The notes below the pieces were generated by a model that worked only from the letters and a program-made list of their open reading frames with translations, was not told where the DNA came from and did no database searches. DNA of 64,000 nucleotides. Origin: Spironucleus salmonicida. Lineage: Eukaryota. The DNA is taken from the NCBI RefSeq assembly GCF_000497125.1, contig NC_090599.1, forward strand, positions 186,001 to 250,000, in the 5' to 3' direction. Position numbers and translations under genes: made by a program. This document shows positions 14,276 to 27,660 of the stretch, piece by piece. Numbering within the stretch: the first letter of the stretch is position 1; the number at the start of each line of letters is the position of its first letter.

Positions 14276-15362
14276 TTACTTTAATATTATTTATTATATA
14301 CGAAATAATATTAATATTATTATGAATTTTATTTTTATATACTCTTCTGAATATTAGATTAAATAAAATTATATCAACATTTTCTAATATAAATTTAATA
14401 AATAATTCGATCGTTTATCATATTCTCAACACATTTCATATGCATCAAATGATAAATATTAGTATTTTATTTGATCATATATATCTAAAACTATTAATTA
14501 AAACGTTCAATATTGCTAATTTACTGCATTAAATATAAATTTACATCATAAGATGTATAGATTGTATCATCTTATTTATTTGTATCTTCAAAAAAATAAT
14601 TTTAACTATAAACACATACGATTCAAAAGGTCAAATGAACCATATAATTTATTAAATTTACTAAAACTACAAATTGATTTAAAAATATACATTGCATCGT
14701 ATAATTTATTTTAGGTTAGAAGTAATGAATTATGATATTTTAATTAAGATTAAGTGTTGTAATCTAACTACGTATATTTATCTTTAATCTGAACATACTA
14801 CAACTAATTATAAATTACAAATTAGAATATGCATACTTTCTACTCCATAAATTTTATATTTATAACCAAAGAGATTTTATATTTGAGTAAGAATAAATAA
14901 AATTAAAAATAAAATGCTGATATTGAACAAAGTTACAACTTAATGAATTGAATATTTAAATTATTCCAGCTATAACTAAACTTGAATAAGAATTAAATGG
15001 CAAATTCCAAAATTTTATAATTAAAATAAATATTATCCGGTAAACAACGGACAAAGTACAACACAGTATTAATGATTAACATTATATAGCATCCTTAATT
15101 GCATTATTTAGTTGCAATTTAGATGTCTTTAATAATTTATTTTGATTATTGTTATCACGTAATATATTTATTAAATGATAAGATTGACTAGATGGGTTAA
15201 GATTATGTCTTTTCAATATAATATAGTAAATAGATGTAATATAAAATAGTAATATTTATTACCTTATCTTAAGTAAGTAGAGAAGTTATATAGTAATGGT
15301 TAATATCAATTATATATGTATTTATTTTCTTTTATATATAATAATAAGATAAGTTATAATAA

Positions 15363-16163
15363 ATGCAGAAAATAGAATCTATAACAGTATTTACAGAAGA
15401 AGCATATGTTTTATATCATTACTAACTATATTCGTAAACATTTGATACATTAGAAATGTTGCATTTAATTAGACTTTCGCATGCATTAATTAATTCATTG
15501 AAAGATGATTACTGCAAAACTATTTTAAATAACTTATCAATATAAGTCTATAAGTAAAATTTACTTTATATTTTACTATTATCACCAGATTACCTACCAG
15601 ATTAATAGAAAATTAACGTACATCTGATGCTTTCTGTATTTAATATGAAGTTCTAGAAGTATATTTTTTCTATTGCTAATGAGATCTAATATGCTATGGG
15701 TTAAATTGAATTAAACGGTATATAAGATAAATAAGATGAAAATAATATTGTTAAGGCATAAGCAGCGTACGATTTTATAGAGCCTTTTTGGGATCATTAT
15801 TAAGTATTTAATTCGTATAGAAAGTTAAGTTTTCTAATTGGTGACTTAAGAGTCTTTGAAGATTTGACGTAAGAAATTATTCTATTTTATTTTAACTAAG
15901 AGAAAGGTACATGGCGATAAATAAATGATTTTCCAATAAATAATTAAGCTTTATTTTCTGAAAGTAAAATTTATCAGGAAAATGCTGTTTTGTATACGTC
16001 TTATATAGACCAGAAATACCAAATTGCTTTTATGACTAGTTATGATCTACCAAATAATAAATAGGTTTATGATGTTCCTACGGCTCATTCTTAACTCTAT
16101 ACTACTGCAAAATAAATTACTTAACAGTATTTTCCCAAATAAGAAACGTTTAGAAGAGAGTGA
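15363..16163 (+). CDS. Hypothetical protein (266 aa), possibly longin-like N-terminus
   Basis: Code-6 ORF MQKIESITVFTEEAYVLYHY... ending GAG-TGA. The longin resemblance is by eye only. Confidence 0.6.
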
Positions 16164-16209
16164 TATATTATTATATAATATATCTAAACTATTTTATCTT
16201 TTCATTATA

Positions 16210-19200
16210 ATGTATAAAAATCCTGAAGATTAACTATAAGAATTAAAGGCATAATTATAATAGAATAAAGAGATAGATTTATTATATGGATATGATTTCC
16301 CTCCTGCTCCAGGAGAATATACAGGATTTTTGATTAATTTTTAAGAAACATAAATTATAAAAGATTCCATATTTTCTGCATTAGATTGTTATTTTATTTC
16401 ATCTTCAATTAATTTTAAAGTTTAGATTTTGTATAAGCCTTATGTATTAATATAAATTCCGAAACCTAATGAGTAAGTTCTAATTTTTATTGAGGAGTAA
16501 TTTTAATGTGAAGTTGAGTAATCTATAAAGGAAGATACTCAAGCACCGAACCACATAGCTGGTTAATATTCTAATTTTTATAAAATAAAGTTTGATAATA
16601 GATAGTAATTATAATAGTTTACTAAGTTATTTAAAGATAAATAAAATTTGAAAATATTAACTGAAGATGATAAAGTATCAAATATATCTTAAATGTTAGA
16701 GTGTATTTAGAAATTATCAGAATTTGATGTTGCCGATGGTTTACGGACGTCAATAGATTTAGATATCCGTTGTGGAAGCTGGTATAAGGTTAATTATAAG
16801 GAGGTAGTTAGTCTAGAAAAACAGCTAGATATGTTATTACACCCAGCAATTAGATGCTTAGCATATGATATAGAAACATCAAAAGCCCCTTTATGTTTTC
16901 CAAATGCTGAGAATGGTGATTCTGTAATGTGTATATCTTATATGTTAGATGGTCAAGGGGTTTTAATAGTTAACAGAAGCATTTTCTCTTCAGATATAGA
17001 GGATTTTGAATATTCACCAACACAAGAAATGCATGGTGAATTTAAAATTTTTAATTGTTAAAATGAAAAGGATACAATTTTAACTTTTTTTAAATAAATT
17101 TAATATTGTTAACCACATATTATAATCACATATAACGGAGATTAGTTTGATTTTAAATTTTTAGATTAACGATCTCGAATTTTAGATATTGATTTTTATA
17201 AAGAGACAGGATTTTTATAATCTTAATCTAAAGGTAGATTTGGATCAGTAGAATTCGAGTATAAATCTAGAGCTTGTTTACATATTGATTGCTATAGATG
17301 GGTTAAGAGAGATTCCTACTTACCATAAGGTAGTCAAGGTTTAAAAGCAGTTACAAAAGCCAAATTAAAATATTAGCCAATGGAGTTGGACCCAGAACTT
17401 ATGACACCTTATGCTAAATTATAACCATAAATTTTAGCCTAATACTCAGTCTCCGATGCAGTTGCTACCTATTACCTTTATAAGCAGTTTATACACTCTT
17501 TTATATTAGCATTGTGCACTATTATTCCATTGAATCCTGATTCTGTTCTTCGGAAAGGTACAGGAACACTTTGTGAAGCCCTACTAATGGTTAAGGCTAA
17601 CGCAGTAGATTTGCTGTATCCTGACAAAATAAATAACAAAGGTTTATAAATTGTAGATTTTGAAGCAGATAAAGCTATTGAAAGGTAGCTCTAAGATGCC
17701 CTCACTAGTAACCCTTCTGGAGTAAATTCTATTAATACTTCTAATTATCAATAGTTTTAAATCAAGGATCTCATTAATTTGTAAAAGTAAGAAGTGGTAA
17801 GTCAGGATAAAAAAGTACTAATTTCATAAACGTATGTTGGTGGCCGTGTAGAGGCAATTTAAGCAGGGGTTTATCGTGCAGATTTTTAGTATTAGTTTGC
17901 AGTAAACACACATAGCTAAGATGGCTATTAGGCATTAGTAGACTAACTTGACTATGATCTGAGCTTTTTCGTGTACACGAAATTTTAAAAGAATATAGAT
18001 CAAATAGAGAAGCAAAAACGTGTAAAAACAAAGCTATTTTTCCCACATGAATCTACTCAAGAATATATCAGTGAGAATATCATGAATTATAGTGAAATAA
18101 CTACTTAAGTAACTAAAATTTTACTTGAAATCAAAGATAAATGCAAGAAACCATACTAAGAAAAACCACTTATTTATCATTTAGATGTATCAGCTATGTA
18201 TCCAAATATTATTTTAACGAACCGGCTCCAACCTCACTCTATTGTCACAGACAAAAATTGTGGAACATGCGATTATAACTTTCCAGAAAATGACTGTAAG
18301 CGCTTCATGTCCTGGATTTGGCGAGGAATCTACTATCCTTGCACTATCTAGGAGTTTAATATGATCAGAAACTAAGTGGTCGAAAATTATCCCAGATTTG
18401 AACAAATGCCGAAAGAAGAGAAAGAGCAGGTATTGTCTGATGCCCTAGATATCTACTGCTAGAAAGTATACAAAACACGTTCAAAAACAATAGAAACGCT
18501 AAAATAGTCATGCAATTGTTAGCGCGAAAACCCATTTTTTGTAGATACAGTTCGCGCATTTCGTGACCTACGATATGTCTACAAAGGAAGACAGAAGGAG
18601 CATACTATATCTATGACGAATTACGATAATTAGGTCAAAAATGGTAATTTTAGCTCAGAAAGTGAGAGATAACAACTTATATAACGTAGTTAAGAACAGA
18701 AACAGCTTGTAGTTTTGAACGAATCTTTACAGTTAGCACACAAAGCAATTTTGAACTCATTTTACGGCTACGCGATGCGCGCAGGTTCGCGTTGGTATAG
18801 TCTTGAAATGGCAGCATGTGTTACATTTGTGGGCGCATAAATCATCAAATAAGCGCGTTCTCTTGTTGAGCTCATAGGCCTGCCACTAGAATTGGATACG
18901 GATGGAATCTGGTGCATGCTTCCAATTAATTTTCCAACTGACTTTACGCTCTAAATTAAAAATGGAAAAAACGTCAATTTTGAGTATCCTACGATTATGC
19001 TAAATGCAATGACTGCTAAATTGTTTTCAAATTTGCAATTCTAGACTCGTTAGAGCGATTTAGAGGACACTTTCAGTCATATTTTCAAGTTCAATCCAGA
19101 ATGTTCCATAGAATTCGAGCTAGATGGGCCCTATAAGTGCATGTTTTTATCGGGTGCAAAGGAGGAAGGGAGACAAATTAAGAAGAGGTATGCAGTTTTT

Positions 19201-22200
19201 GACTTCAATAATAAAATTTCAGAACTGAAGGGCTTTGAACTGAAAAGACGAGGAGAATTACAGATTATTAAATCATTTTAACAACGAATATTTGTGAAGT
19301 TCCTTGCTGGGGTGGATCTATAGTCTTGTTATGATTCTGCAGCTGATATAGCAGATAAATTTATTGATATTCTGTACAATGAAGGGAAAGGATATGATAG
19401 CCGTTTATTGTAGTTTTTACTGTAAGAATAGACGACGATGAAACTTTCACTGGTAAATACAGCTAGTAATAAGAAGGGGACTGCAGTGACTTGTGCACGT
19501 AGGCTTAGCTAAGCAATTGACCCAATTTTTGCATAAGTTGACGGTCTATGTTGTGTTTTCGTGATTAGCAGGTATCCTGAGGACTCTCCAGTTTCCGAAA
19601 GGAGCATTCCCTTGCAGATTTTCTCGTGTACCCCTGAAAAACAGCTCAAATACTTGAAATAGTGGACGAAAAAAGAGACTACAAATATAGCTGAAATTCT
19701 AGACTGGCCGTATTATTGGGACAGATTTCAAAATTAATTGTTCAGAATAATTGTTGTACCAGCGGGCCTATAGGGACTTCCGCATTCTCCAATAAGGCGT
19801 ATTCCATACCCTGATTGGCTGAAAAAAGCAGTTTCTAGAAAAGATGTGGAGATAGAGACAATTATGAAATTTGTTAATAATAATTTAAAAAACGACGATT
19901 TCTCAGATAATGAAGATGATGATACTTAAGTAATAGTTACAGCAGAAGATATTTTGATGCAGTATAACATTAATATAGAAGAGGTATTTGACATAGATTT
20001 GTTGTAATAAATGAGTAATAAGAAAACATAAGGATTAGACAGAAATGGGGATTATGAATAATGGATATAAGTTTAAAAGTAAAAATGGAAAGTGCTTTTA
20101 GAATTTTAGTAACTTAATAATTCCATTTAATAGTAGAAGTTTTTACGACAAAATAATAAAAAAGCAAAAGGCTCTACAATTTTTAGCTAATTAGGAAATT
20201 GTAGAGAGAACAACTATATTGTTATACATATTGAAAATTAATAGATATTAGGTTTGATAAACGTCCTCCTTTTGGATATTTAAACTAATATGTTTGCTTA
20301 GGTTAAAGTGTAAGTACCTTAGTACTTTTATATTAATACCTAAGAGGATCTTTCATAGTAGAATCTAGCATTTAAGGGTAAAATTGAAAAAGTTAACAAG
20401 ATTTTGCCTCGCAAAACGTAGATTTTTAATTTATTTGAGGTTACTATGCTTCAACAAGATTATTTACAGTAAAAAGAGTTTATTTAGTAAGTTAAGAATT
20501 CGCCATTAGTAGAAAATATATATGAACTGCAAGTAGATCCAGCGTCTAGATTTATATTAAACCTAGGTTGTCACATTACATTAACATAACAATCGGCCCG
20601 AGATTTATAGTATAATAATGTATTGCAATTTAAAGATATTTAAATAAATAGAAATGTACAGTTTGATAAAAAGTAAGAAACTTATTTCTTACATAAATTA
20701 ACTGACAAGCCAAAAATTAGAATAGGTATCTTGGCTCATTTATCCACTGCATAGGGCGATATTGCCATATTTATAAAAAATGATTTGATTATTTTATTTT
20801 CTAGCTGTTCTAATGAGATTTTAGAAGATGATAAATTAAAAGAGTTAACTATAGATAGATTAAAATCAAAACTTCATACAGATAACATTCAAGAAAGTGT
20901 ATTATTTTAATATTTTAATATTCTTAACTCTGATTATACATTAATTAAAGTTGAGCGTAGTGAAGATTTTTTAGCAAGGATACAATTAATCATAAATATG
21001 GAAATTAAGTAATCAGGTATTATCATCTATTCGACTAATTAGCATTAGTCTTAATTTTTTAAATTGTTAAAGGAAAATAGTTTATTTATTAATTTTCCCA
21101 TTTTATCTAAAAATTAATCGATTTCTGATAATATTATTGAATTAGTATTATAATTCCAGAATATGGATAGCTACATGCATCTGTGTTAAGTGCCATTAGT
21201 AAATTTATTGGATTCAAAATAAATATATAAAAAATAGGTATCACAACTACTTATCGCCTGTGATTTCTTATATGGAAGAATATTAATGAATAATAATTGT
21301 ATTTTGTGGTGGAGTAAAAACTCATAACCTGATTTAGGTAAGGATTTAAACATATCGTTAAATGTATTACCCGATTATAGTTTTACATATGAATATTCAG
21401 GACATTATTAAGGATATACAGTTGTTTTTGATTTTAAATATATAGTCGCTGAAGTATTGTCAAATATATTTAATAATCATAACATTAAAAAAGTAGAAGG
21501 TGGATTTTAAGTCAAATAATTTTAAAAGTTTATAAATCAAATTAACAATTCATATATTGGTTCCGCTATTTACAGTTATCTAGAATAATATATTAAAGAA
21601 AAAGAAAGCTTCCTTTTTGATGATTTGCATTAAAAAATTATTATAGAGTAATTAGGTTTCTATATTTAACAAATTTATAATTAATGCTTTGTTTCGGATA
21701 TAATCCCAGTTTTTATAAGTCAAAAATAGTTAATATTATCTACTAATAAGATTTAAGAACATTTAACAACGAATTAATTGAACATTTTTATTTAAAATCT
21801 ATAATCATCTGGGTTATTGCGAATAGCTAAATTAGTATACAGAATTTGTTATAAGTAGCTTCTTTATATTGATTCAGATAATTTTTATGCATTGTCTATT
21901 ACCAATACTTTAAATAAACGGACTCACCTATCGTATTTACTGCCATTATCGCTAAATAAGTCGTTAGAATTGATATTAGGTTGTTTTCTAATCCATTGTT
22001 CTAATATAGAAGGAGTTTCTTTACTATAAGTAAAATCACTTGCATCGCTTCCTACATAATTTTTTAAGTGGTTTAGGTTAAAGTAATTAGATTTATATTC
22101 CTAGGACTAAAAATAACAATATGAAATAATGCCATTTTCATTGTTATCATCTATTACAACTATCCTTTAACTATCAATGGTTTAGCCAGATACGATATAT

Positions 22201-22632
22201 TAAGAGAAGTTACTCTAAACCTATATAAAAGCCTCAGCATAATCACTTTATTTATAGTCTTTGCGTGATTTTCTATCATTATCGTAGCCAATATAAGAAG
22301 ATGTCAAGGTTCTTATAGATTCAATGGATGCAATTACTTAATCATCTACATGCAGTTAAATAAATTCATTAGTAATATCTATTTATTGTAATTTGTGCAA
22401 TGATTTTTATCATATAAATCTAAGCAAATAAATGTCTGAGGAATGCTTAAAGTGTGATATCTGTGGGAATAACTATGATAACTTGGTAATAGAAGAAAAA
22501 CTTATTTCTTAATTTAAAGAATAAATGAACCTAGCTTAGTTTTAAATAATAGATGATTATATTAAAGTAGCAGAAATTAGAGGGTTTAAAATACTTAAAA
22601 GCTGTGCCTAACAATGGTAAGCATGGTAGTGA
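16210..22632 (+). CDS. POL2: DNA polymerase epsilon catalytic subunit
   Basis: Exo [53 protein letters not shown]; CysX CGTCDYN...[24 protein letters not shown]-terminal CxxC..CxxC. ~2140 aa. Confidence 0.96.
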
Positions 22633-22802
22633 TCAAAAGTGAAGACAATGTTGCAATTTTTATATTAAAGTTATATATTCCATAGAATTATTCGAAAAAT
22701 TTGAGGATTAAATAATATCACTATTATATATTATTAAAGATAAACTTTTATGTAAGTTATTGATTTATTATATGTAGTTATATTAATCATAAATAAACAA
22801 AA

Positions 22803-25800
22803 ATGTCTATGAATTATGTTTTAGCTTAATCAATAGGGAGAGGTTCATATGGATCTGTTTACTATGCAATCGACCGTAAAACTAAGCAAGAAGTAGCAAT
22901 TAAGGTTATGAATAAAGCTATTTTAAAGAAATAGGTATTCTTTAATGATTCTACGGAAGATGAGGCACAAACCGGATTAACTTAAGTTTACGATGAAATT
23001 TAGTTTATGAGAGATTTTAATCATCCTTTATTACTTAGACTAGTTGAGACTATTGACTAAGATGAGAAAATTTATATAGTAATTTAATTAGCCGAAGGTA
23101 TCATTGCCACTATTCATTAAAGAGACTTATCTGATGATAAGTTACCTGACTGTATTAGTAATTTATTATAGTTAGAAAATGAAATTACTCCACCTCAAAT
23201 ATTATTAAACCTAGCGTTTCATACATCTATCGGACTTCTATATATGCACAAACGACATTACATTCATGGAGATATTAAACCTGCCAATATTCTTAGAACA
23301 CATAATGGGAGATATATCTTGGGAGATTTTGGTCTTTCTTAGCCGTTTGCTAAAGGTGCCAAGTATATGTAAATAGTTTCTCCAGCATTTTCTGCACCAG
23401 AATCGTAAGGATTAACTCCTTAAAATGATGTGTGGGCTTATGGTGTTGTTTTATTTTAATTGTTATTCGGAGAACATCCGGCAGTTCTTGCGGCATAATT
23501 GTGGAATGGAGAAAAGATAGCTCACTGGGGTTAAGCGTTAACTTCTAACCAAGAAAAATTTAAAGAACTATTAAATTTAAAAAGGGATGAATAAATTAAT
23601 AAACAGAAGCATGAGACCTAATTGGTGTCTTCTCATTATGATTTGAAGCTTAACTCAGATATTATTCATAATATATATGGAGTTTTGACAGAAATTACTT
23701 ACTTTTGTTTAATTGATTTGGAGAATAGAGTTTGCATGGAGAGTATTTATAACAGGCTCCTTGAATTTTATTGTAGAATTATTGCCGCTAAATACGCAAA
23801 ATATTTTTCAAAAGGATTTTTCTAATAACTTCATCCTATTTGTTAATAATTAGATATTATGAATGTTGATCATGTAGAATTTATATTATAGCTTAATTCT
23901 ATGAGGTTTTAACCACATATTCGCTAAAATTATTAACGAATATTTGAAGCATATACTGATATTAAATAAATAGATTTTTCATACTTTAAGTATTTGTATA
24001 GCACTCCAGAATAGACAATAAAATAGAATAACAAATCCTCAAAAGTGCTGATCGAAGACTCAACGGTAGAAGAAGAGATGAGCTATAACGATTTAATGAA
24101 TTATACTAAAACTTCATCAATATAAAGATAAATATCAAGTTAATCAATTAGAACAACTCCAAAGAAGTTAGGTAAAATTATAGACAATAATTAAGAACCA
24201 AATAGTCCAATAAGTAGTTTTTCTAGCACTAATAAGTTATAAATGACAGAATTCTAAGAAGAGGAGGTGCCAGTCAAAATAGATATTACTTAATAATGGA
24301 AAAAACCAGTAGGTTCTAGTTTAGCTAGTAAAATTGCGAATTTACCCCCTCCTAAAGTTATGACTAATGATTCTGATTCAGATAGATTTTTACCAGAGAG
24401 TAAACCTGTAGAATAATCATAAAATTTTAAGCCTCAATTTAAGAAGCCAGTAGCTCAAAGTTTAGCGTCAAAACTTGCGAGTATGCCTCCACCACCTGCA
24501 CTATAAAACGATAATATTTAATCTGATTCAGACGAAATGATTATTACTAAAAAGTAAGATAGAGGCTAACAACACCTATTGTAGTAATCAATACCAGCTA
24601 ACAAGAGGAAGAAACCAGCTAGTACAAGTTTAGCTAGCAGTATTGCTAATTTACCTCCTCCGTCATCAGCTGCCGTTGAAGATTCAGATTCTGACATAAA
24701 AACATTACAAACAAAAATAGAAGACTAAAAATAATAATCAGATGATTCAGATGGAGATCTTGGTTAACCTAAATAAACGTAAATTTAGTATGGTAAATTC
24801 AAGAAACCACAATCTCTAGCATCATCTATGGCTGCTAAATTAGCAGCATAGCCTCCTCCTGTTTAGGAAGAAGAAGATTCTGAAGGACCAATGGATATCA
24901 GAGGTGCTAAAAAGAAAGGAGAAACAGTTAAATACGCAATTAATTTTGATAAATTAAATCAGGAAGAAGTCGCACCAGTTTCAGTACCAATTCAGTAAGT
25001 AGACCAATAATAAATAGAAATTATAGAAGATGATGTTTTTGGTATAGAAACACCATAAAATGAGGTTATTAATTAAGAGACTAAGAAGGCAGATTTAGAA
25101 TAACGAAATCATTTCTTTTTGAAATTAGATTTGCATTTGGTAGATACAGATAATCTATCATCAAAATAAGTAAAATCACTGTTTAAATAAATTTCATACA
25201 CAAATGATGAATATAAACCTTTCAAATACGATCATAATAATGATTAAGCCAAAATATTAGGACTTGGATCATTTTCAAAGGATACCTTATCAGTTGGTCG
25301 CCGAGAATCTGAAGACGATGATATTTCTGATGACGATGATGACTTAGTTACATTTGATGATGATGGCGATGATGATTTTAACAATACTTTTGACTAAGTT
25401 TTCAATATTGAAGAGGATGAAGAAGATAAAGGGAAAGAGATTAGTGCTGCTGCTGCATAATCGTTAGTTAATAGAGGAAAAGGTAAATTTAAAACTTTAA
25501 GAGAGTCAGTTGATGAAGAAGAAGATATAGAGCCTCAGATGGTACCTACATTTAAAATTAACAATATTTTAATAGATGAAGAGGATGAAGATAATTTATA
25601 ATAATCAGACACATTTAATAAATCTAAAGACGATAATTTTGGATCATCTTTATTACCATTTGGATTATAAAAGAAGGATTCATCGGATGATGAATAAGTT
25701 TTTAAAATGAAATTTCAAGATTCTGATGATGAATAGCCATTAGACTTAACTGAAAAATCAGATGAAGCTTAATATATCCCCCCTAATAAATCAGTATTTT

Positions 25801-27158
25801 TATTGAATATTAATAAAATAAAAGAAGATGAAAAGGTACGATTATTTGAAGAAATATAAGATGAAGAATTTTAGACATAACTCACTCAGTAAACGACTAT
25901 ACCACTCTCAGCCCGTCATTTAGATGTTCTTAAAGAAGAAACATAAGATTAAGTAATACTTACACCGAAATAAATAGTTATATTCTTCCATCCGTTATTA
26001 TAACTTTTTATGGAGGTTAATTAGCATCTGACTCGAATAAATTCATAAATTTTAGTAAACTCAGATTATATATTTATGATTTAATAAGTTTAAGAGATTA
26101 TTGACGCATACACAAATAATATTCCATTAGTTACTGTAATTACAATTGAAATTATATTAGATCGATTGGAAATGTGGAAAAATTTAGTTGATTTAACACT
26201 ATAAGATCAAAATTAAAAAAGTTCGGTGAAATAAGTAGAACAATAACATTTAGTAGACCCCTAAAAAACTATTTAGTTTATTGTAGACATCCTTCTGGTA
26301 TAGTTTTAGAATATGTTTTAGGAGATAGAATTAATTTATGACAAATCACCTGCATTTTTAAATACAAAAACTGGCTGGTAAGTTAATAATCCATACACAT
26401 TATTTTAATTATTTGAATAGAAATTAAAAATAATTAATTCTTCACCTTCCAGAAAATATGGTGTTTCATTAACAATTAATGAGTAGCCTATGCTATCTTC
26501 ATTAGATAATAGAGAAGAATTTAATATTCATCTTTATATAGGATTGGATACTGCAGAATGTACACCAATTGTTGGGTTACGACATAAAATTGATGAAAAA
26601 ACTCTTTTTATATAATAAAGCTCACGTGCTTTTAAATTATAAGACACATAAGAGTAAATTTTACAATTTGCATAAATAGCATAAATTCAGGATAATAAAG
26701 CAGATGGGCTTACTAATTTTTAGCCTGTATTTATGAATTTCCTGTTTTTGAATTATTCTTTAGCATCAGATTACATATAAATTAATCATTAGAAGTCTGA
26801 TCTATTTAAATACTCATATATTAATCTTTAAAGATAAGCTATTCTACCAAACTTTTTTGCAAATTGCCTTTTTGAACTAATACTAAATTCGTACCAAAAT
26901 AGTCGTCCATCTATAATTAGAGCTAGTCTATTTAATGCAGATGGGTCATTTTATTTAGTTGTTTCTGACAGTGGAAACGGTTTATCATAGGACTAAACAG
27001 ATAAAATATTTTCTAATAATACTGGATCTTTAGGTACTGGATTAGCATATTTGCGAATGCTTGTAGGTTTTTATAATGGTATGATTAATGTGTCATCAGA
27101 TGATTAGTCAGGAACTAGAGTTATTGTAAAAATACCCATGGTATAACAAAATGAATGA
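22803..27158 (+). CDS. Ser/Thr protein kinase (CAMKK-like) fused via an acidic linker to a C-terminal PDK/BCKDK-like GHKL (HATPase_c) domain
   Basis: N-terminus: GRGSYG, VAIK, HGDIKPAN, DFG, APE, DVWAYG. C-terminus: LFELILNS (N box), VSDSGNG (G1), GSLGTGLA (G2), GTRVIVKIP. Same frame at sampled points, ~1451 aa. Confidence 0.82.
24297..24885 (+). repeat. Four imperfect peptide repeats (KKPxxxSLASKxAxxPPP...DS[D/E]) in the kinase linker
   Basis: KKPVGSSLASKIANLPPP (~24300), KKPVAQSLASKLASMPPPP (~24441), KKPASTSLASSIANLPPP (~24609), KKPQSLASSMAAKLAAQPPP (~24801), each followed by an acidic DSD/DSE tract. Confidence 0.85.
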
Positions 27159-27171
27159 TGATTTGAAATTT

Positions 27172-27660
27172 TCACTCTTTATCAACCCCAAATTCAATAA
27201 ATTAGTCAAAAGCCTTAAGTTCATCTTCACTGATATCCCTAGCACCTTCAACACCTGAGCAAGTACTACTAAAACTGTTTGAGTTAGAAGAACTACGAAC
27301 AATTTTTCGTTTTCGAGGTGGTTTGTCTAGAGTCGCCCTTGATTCCACTATTGAAAACAGCAATGAGACTGCTTAGTCCTCTTTATTAGATTACGTTAGT
27401 TTAAATATTTAAATAACAGTTGATTCTATTTCTTCTTATGTCATATTTATTTATTAATTACAATAAAACTCTACAAACTTAAATAATATACACCTCCAAT
27501 CTTAATCATCTTATTGAGACCTACGTTTTTCGAAGTACCATCTTCCCTCTGTTTATTTAGGAGTGGTCTATAATTATTCAGCAATAACTTTATAATGAAA
27601 TCTTCCAACTCTAATAACGGCTAAATATAAGTCTAAAAGATCTATAGAATGGGAGGACAT
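27172..27660 (-). CDS. Small Myb-like DNA-binding protein (162 aa)
   Basis: DLLDLYLAVIRVGRFHYKVIAEQLQTTPKQTEGRWY resembles a Myb repeat; basic PPRKRK NLS-like motif; ends GAG-TGA. Confidence 0.65.
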
